Below, one piece after another: positions 63,571-64,000 of a DNA stretch of 64,000 nucleotides (position 1 is the stretch's first letter; the number at the start of each line of letters is the position of its first letter). Below the pieces are notes generated by a model that was not told where the DNA came from, did not search any database, and saw only the letters and a list, made by a program, of their open reading frames with translations. Origin of the DNA: Gemmatimonadota bacterium (lineage in GTDB: Bacteria > Gemmatimonadota > Gemmatimonadetes > Gemmatimonadales > GWC2-71-9); assembly GCA_039589275.1 (NCBI GenBank), contig JBDHHP010000012.1, positions 2,573 to 66,572 of the forward strand, written 5' to 3'. A program made the position numbers and the translations under genes.

Positions 63571-64000
63571 CGCCCGGATACCTCCCGGGAACGACGGTAC
63601 ATCTGTGCTGCGTCGTCGGGCCGGTTCAGTCTGTCCAGGACTATGCCCAGCCCGTAAAAGGCCTCGGGGTTGGTGGGCTGCAGTTCGGCGGCCCGCTGGT
63701 AGGCCTGCTGTGCACCTTCGAGATCATCGATGTGGTTCAGAGCCTCGGCCAGGTAGAAGTGTGCCGCCGCAAGACCGGCATCCAGTTCGACTGCACGGCG
63801 TAGGTATGGTACCGCATCGGCCCAGAGGCCTCTTCTTACCACCACCAGCCCCAGATTCAAATGTGCCTCTGCGTTTACCGGTTCCTGCCTTAGAACGGCT
63901 CGCAGGTCACGTTCGGCGTCTCGGTAGCGACCACCGCTAGCATTGATGGCGCCACGGCTGACCAAGGCCCGCGTGTTCCCGGGGTCTTCATCGATGCAGC
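63567..64000 (-). CDS. TPR-repeat protein, 5-prime partial (frame open to window end)
   Basis: TPR consensus: AEAHLNLGLVVVRRGLWADAVPYLRRAVELDAGLAAAHFYLAEAL...YQRAAELQPTNPEAFYGLGIVL. The reading frame continues to nt 64000. Confidence 0.8.
   Translation of the reverse strand, partial: CIDEDPGNTRALVSRGAINASGGRYRDAERDLRAVLRQEPVNAEAHLNLGLVVVRRGLWADAVPYLRRAVELDAGLAAAHFYLAEALNHIDDLEGAQQAYQRAAELQPTNPEAFYGLGIVLDRLNRPDDAAQMYRRSREVSGR

Noticed and set aside
1-64000. rRNA, tRNA, tmRNA, CRISPR arrays, prophage or integrase genes
   Set aside because: I inspected all intergenic spacers longer than 80 nt by eye and found no cloverleaf-like or repeat-spacer structure and no phage or integrase ORFs. A tRNAscan/Infernal run would be needed for certainty.

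Overview
64-kb, high-GC (about 60-65% by eye), densely coding bacterial chromosomal window with about 60 genes. I saw no rRNA, tRNA or CRISPR array. No searches were run: every call comes from reading motifs in the supplied translations and DNA. Where the ORF-track N-terminus was clearly read-through, I re-derived the start from in-frame ATG/GTG positions.

Layout:
(1) 1-12.2 kb: Cu/Ag-type metal-resistance island. It holds copA (5-prime partial), a tiny PepSY-like ORF, a CusCBA/CzcCBA-like RND system, a PII-like gene, an NTF2-like gene, an ArsR/SmtB regulator and an internally duplicated Met-rich lipoprotein. The island is interrupted by a PAP2 phosphatase, a truncated acidic ORF and an IS110-family remnant.
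(2) 12.3-13.3 kb: DinB-like and NTF2-like genes.
(3) 13.3-21.9 kb, minus strand: phenylacetate catabolic cluster paaA-B-C-D-G-H-I-Y-Z plus an enoyl-CoA hydratase. No paaE, paaK or paaJ is present.
(4) 22.0-26.6 kb: fused alpha/beta 2-oxoacid dehydrogenase E1 and two apparently damaged sensor kinases.
(5) 26.9-35.9 kb: msrA, an ABC-2 transporter, a Ser/Thr kinase with TPR repeats, PadR, an alkyltransferase-like protein and lysine 6-transaminase.
(6) 36.2-46.4 kb: the most interesting region. Seven co-oriented genes carry 51 CxxCH haem motifs (8 + 9 + 19 + 11 + 4). They include a 19-haem cytochrome c fused to a b-type membrane domain and a predicted outer-membrane beta-barrel that is translationally coupled to an 11-haem cytochrome. 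I read this as a candidate, apparently undescribed porin-cytochrome trans-envelope electron conduit.
(7) 46.5-54.2 kb: membrane and zinc-ribbon proteins, GNAT, cyclophilin, an APC permease, mtnA and glpK.
(8) 54.3-57.8 kb: ccmE-F-H-I-like System I genes. CcmE has the rare CXXXY (Cys instead of His) haem-binding motif, and the CcmH-like protein is atypical.
(9) 59.1-64.0 kb, minus strand: a five-gene, overlap-coupled operon encoding a TPR protein, a divergent macro domain, a transglutaminase-like protein, an ABC ATPase and an exporter permease.

The organism is unknown. The gene content (STK-TPR kinase, fused E1, frequent weak SD sequences) is reminiscent of Gemmatimonadota/Acidobacteriota-type genomes, but that is only a guess.
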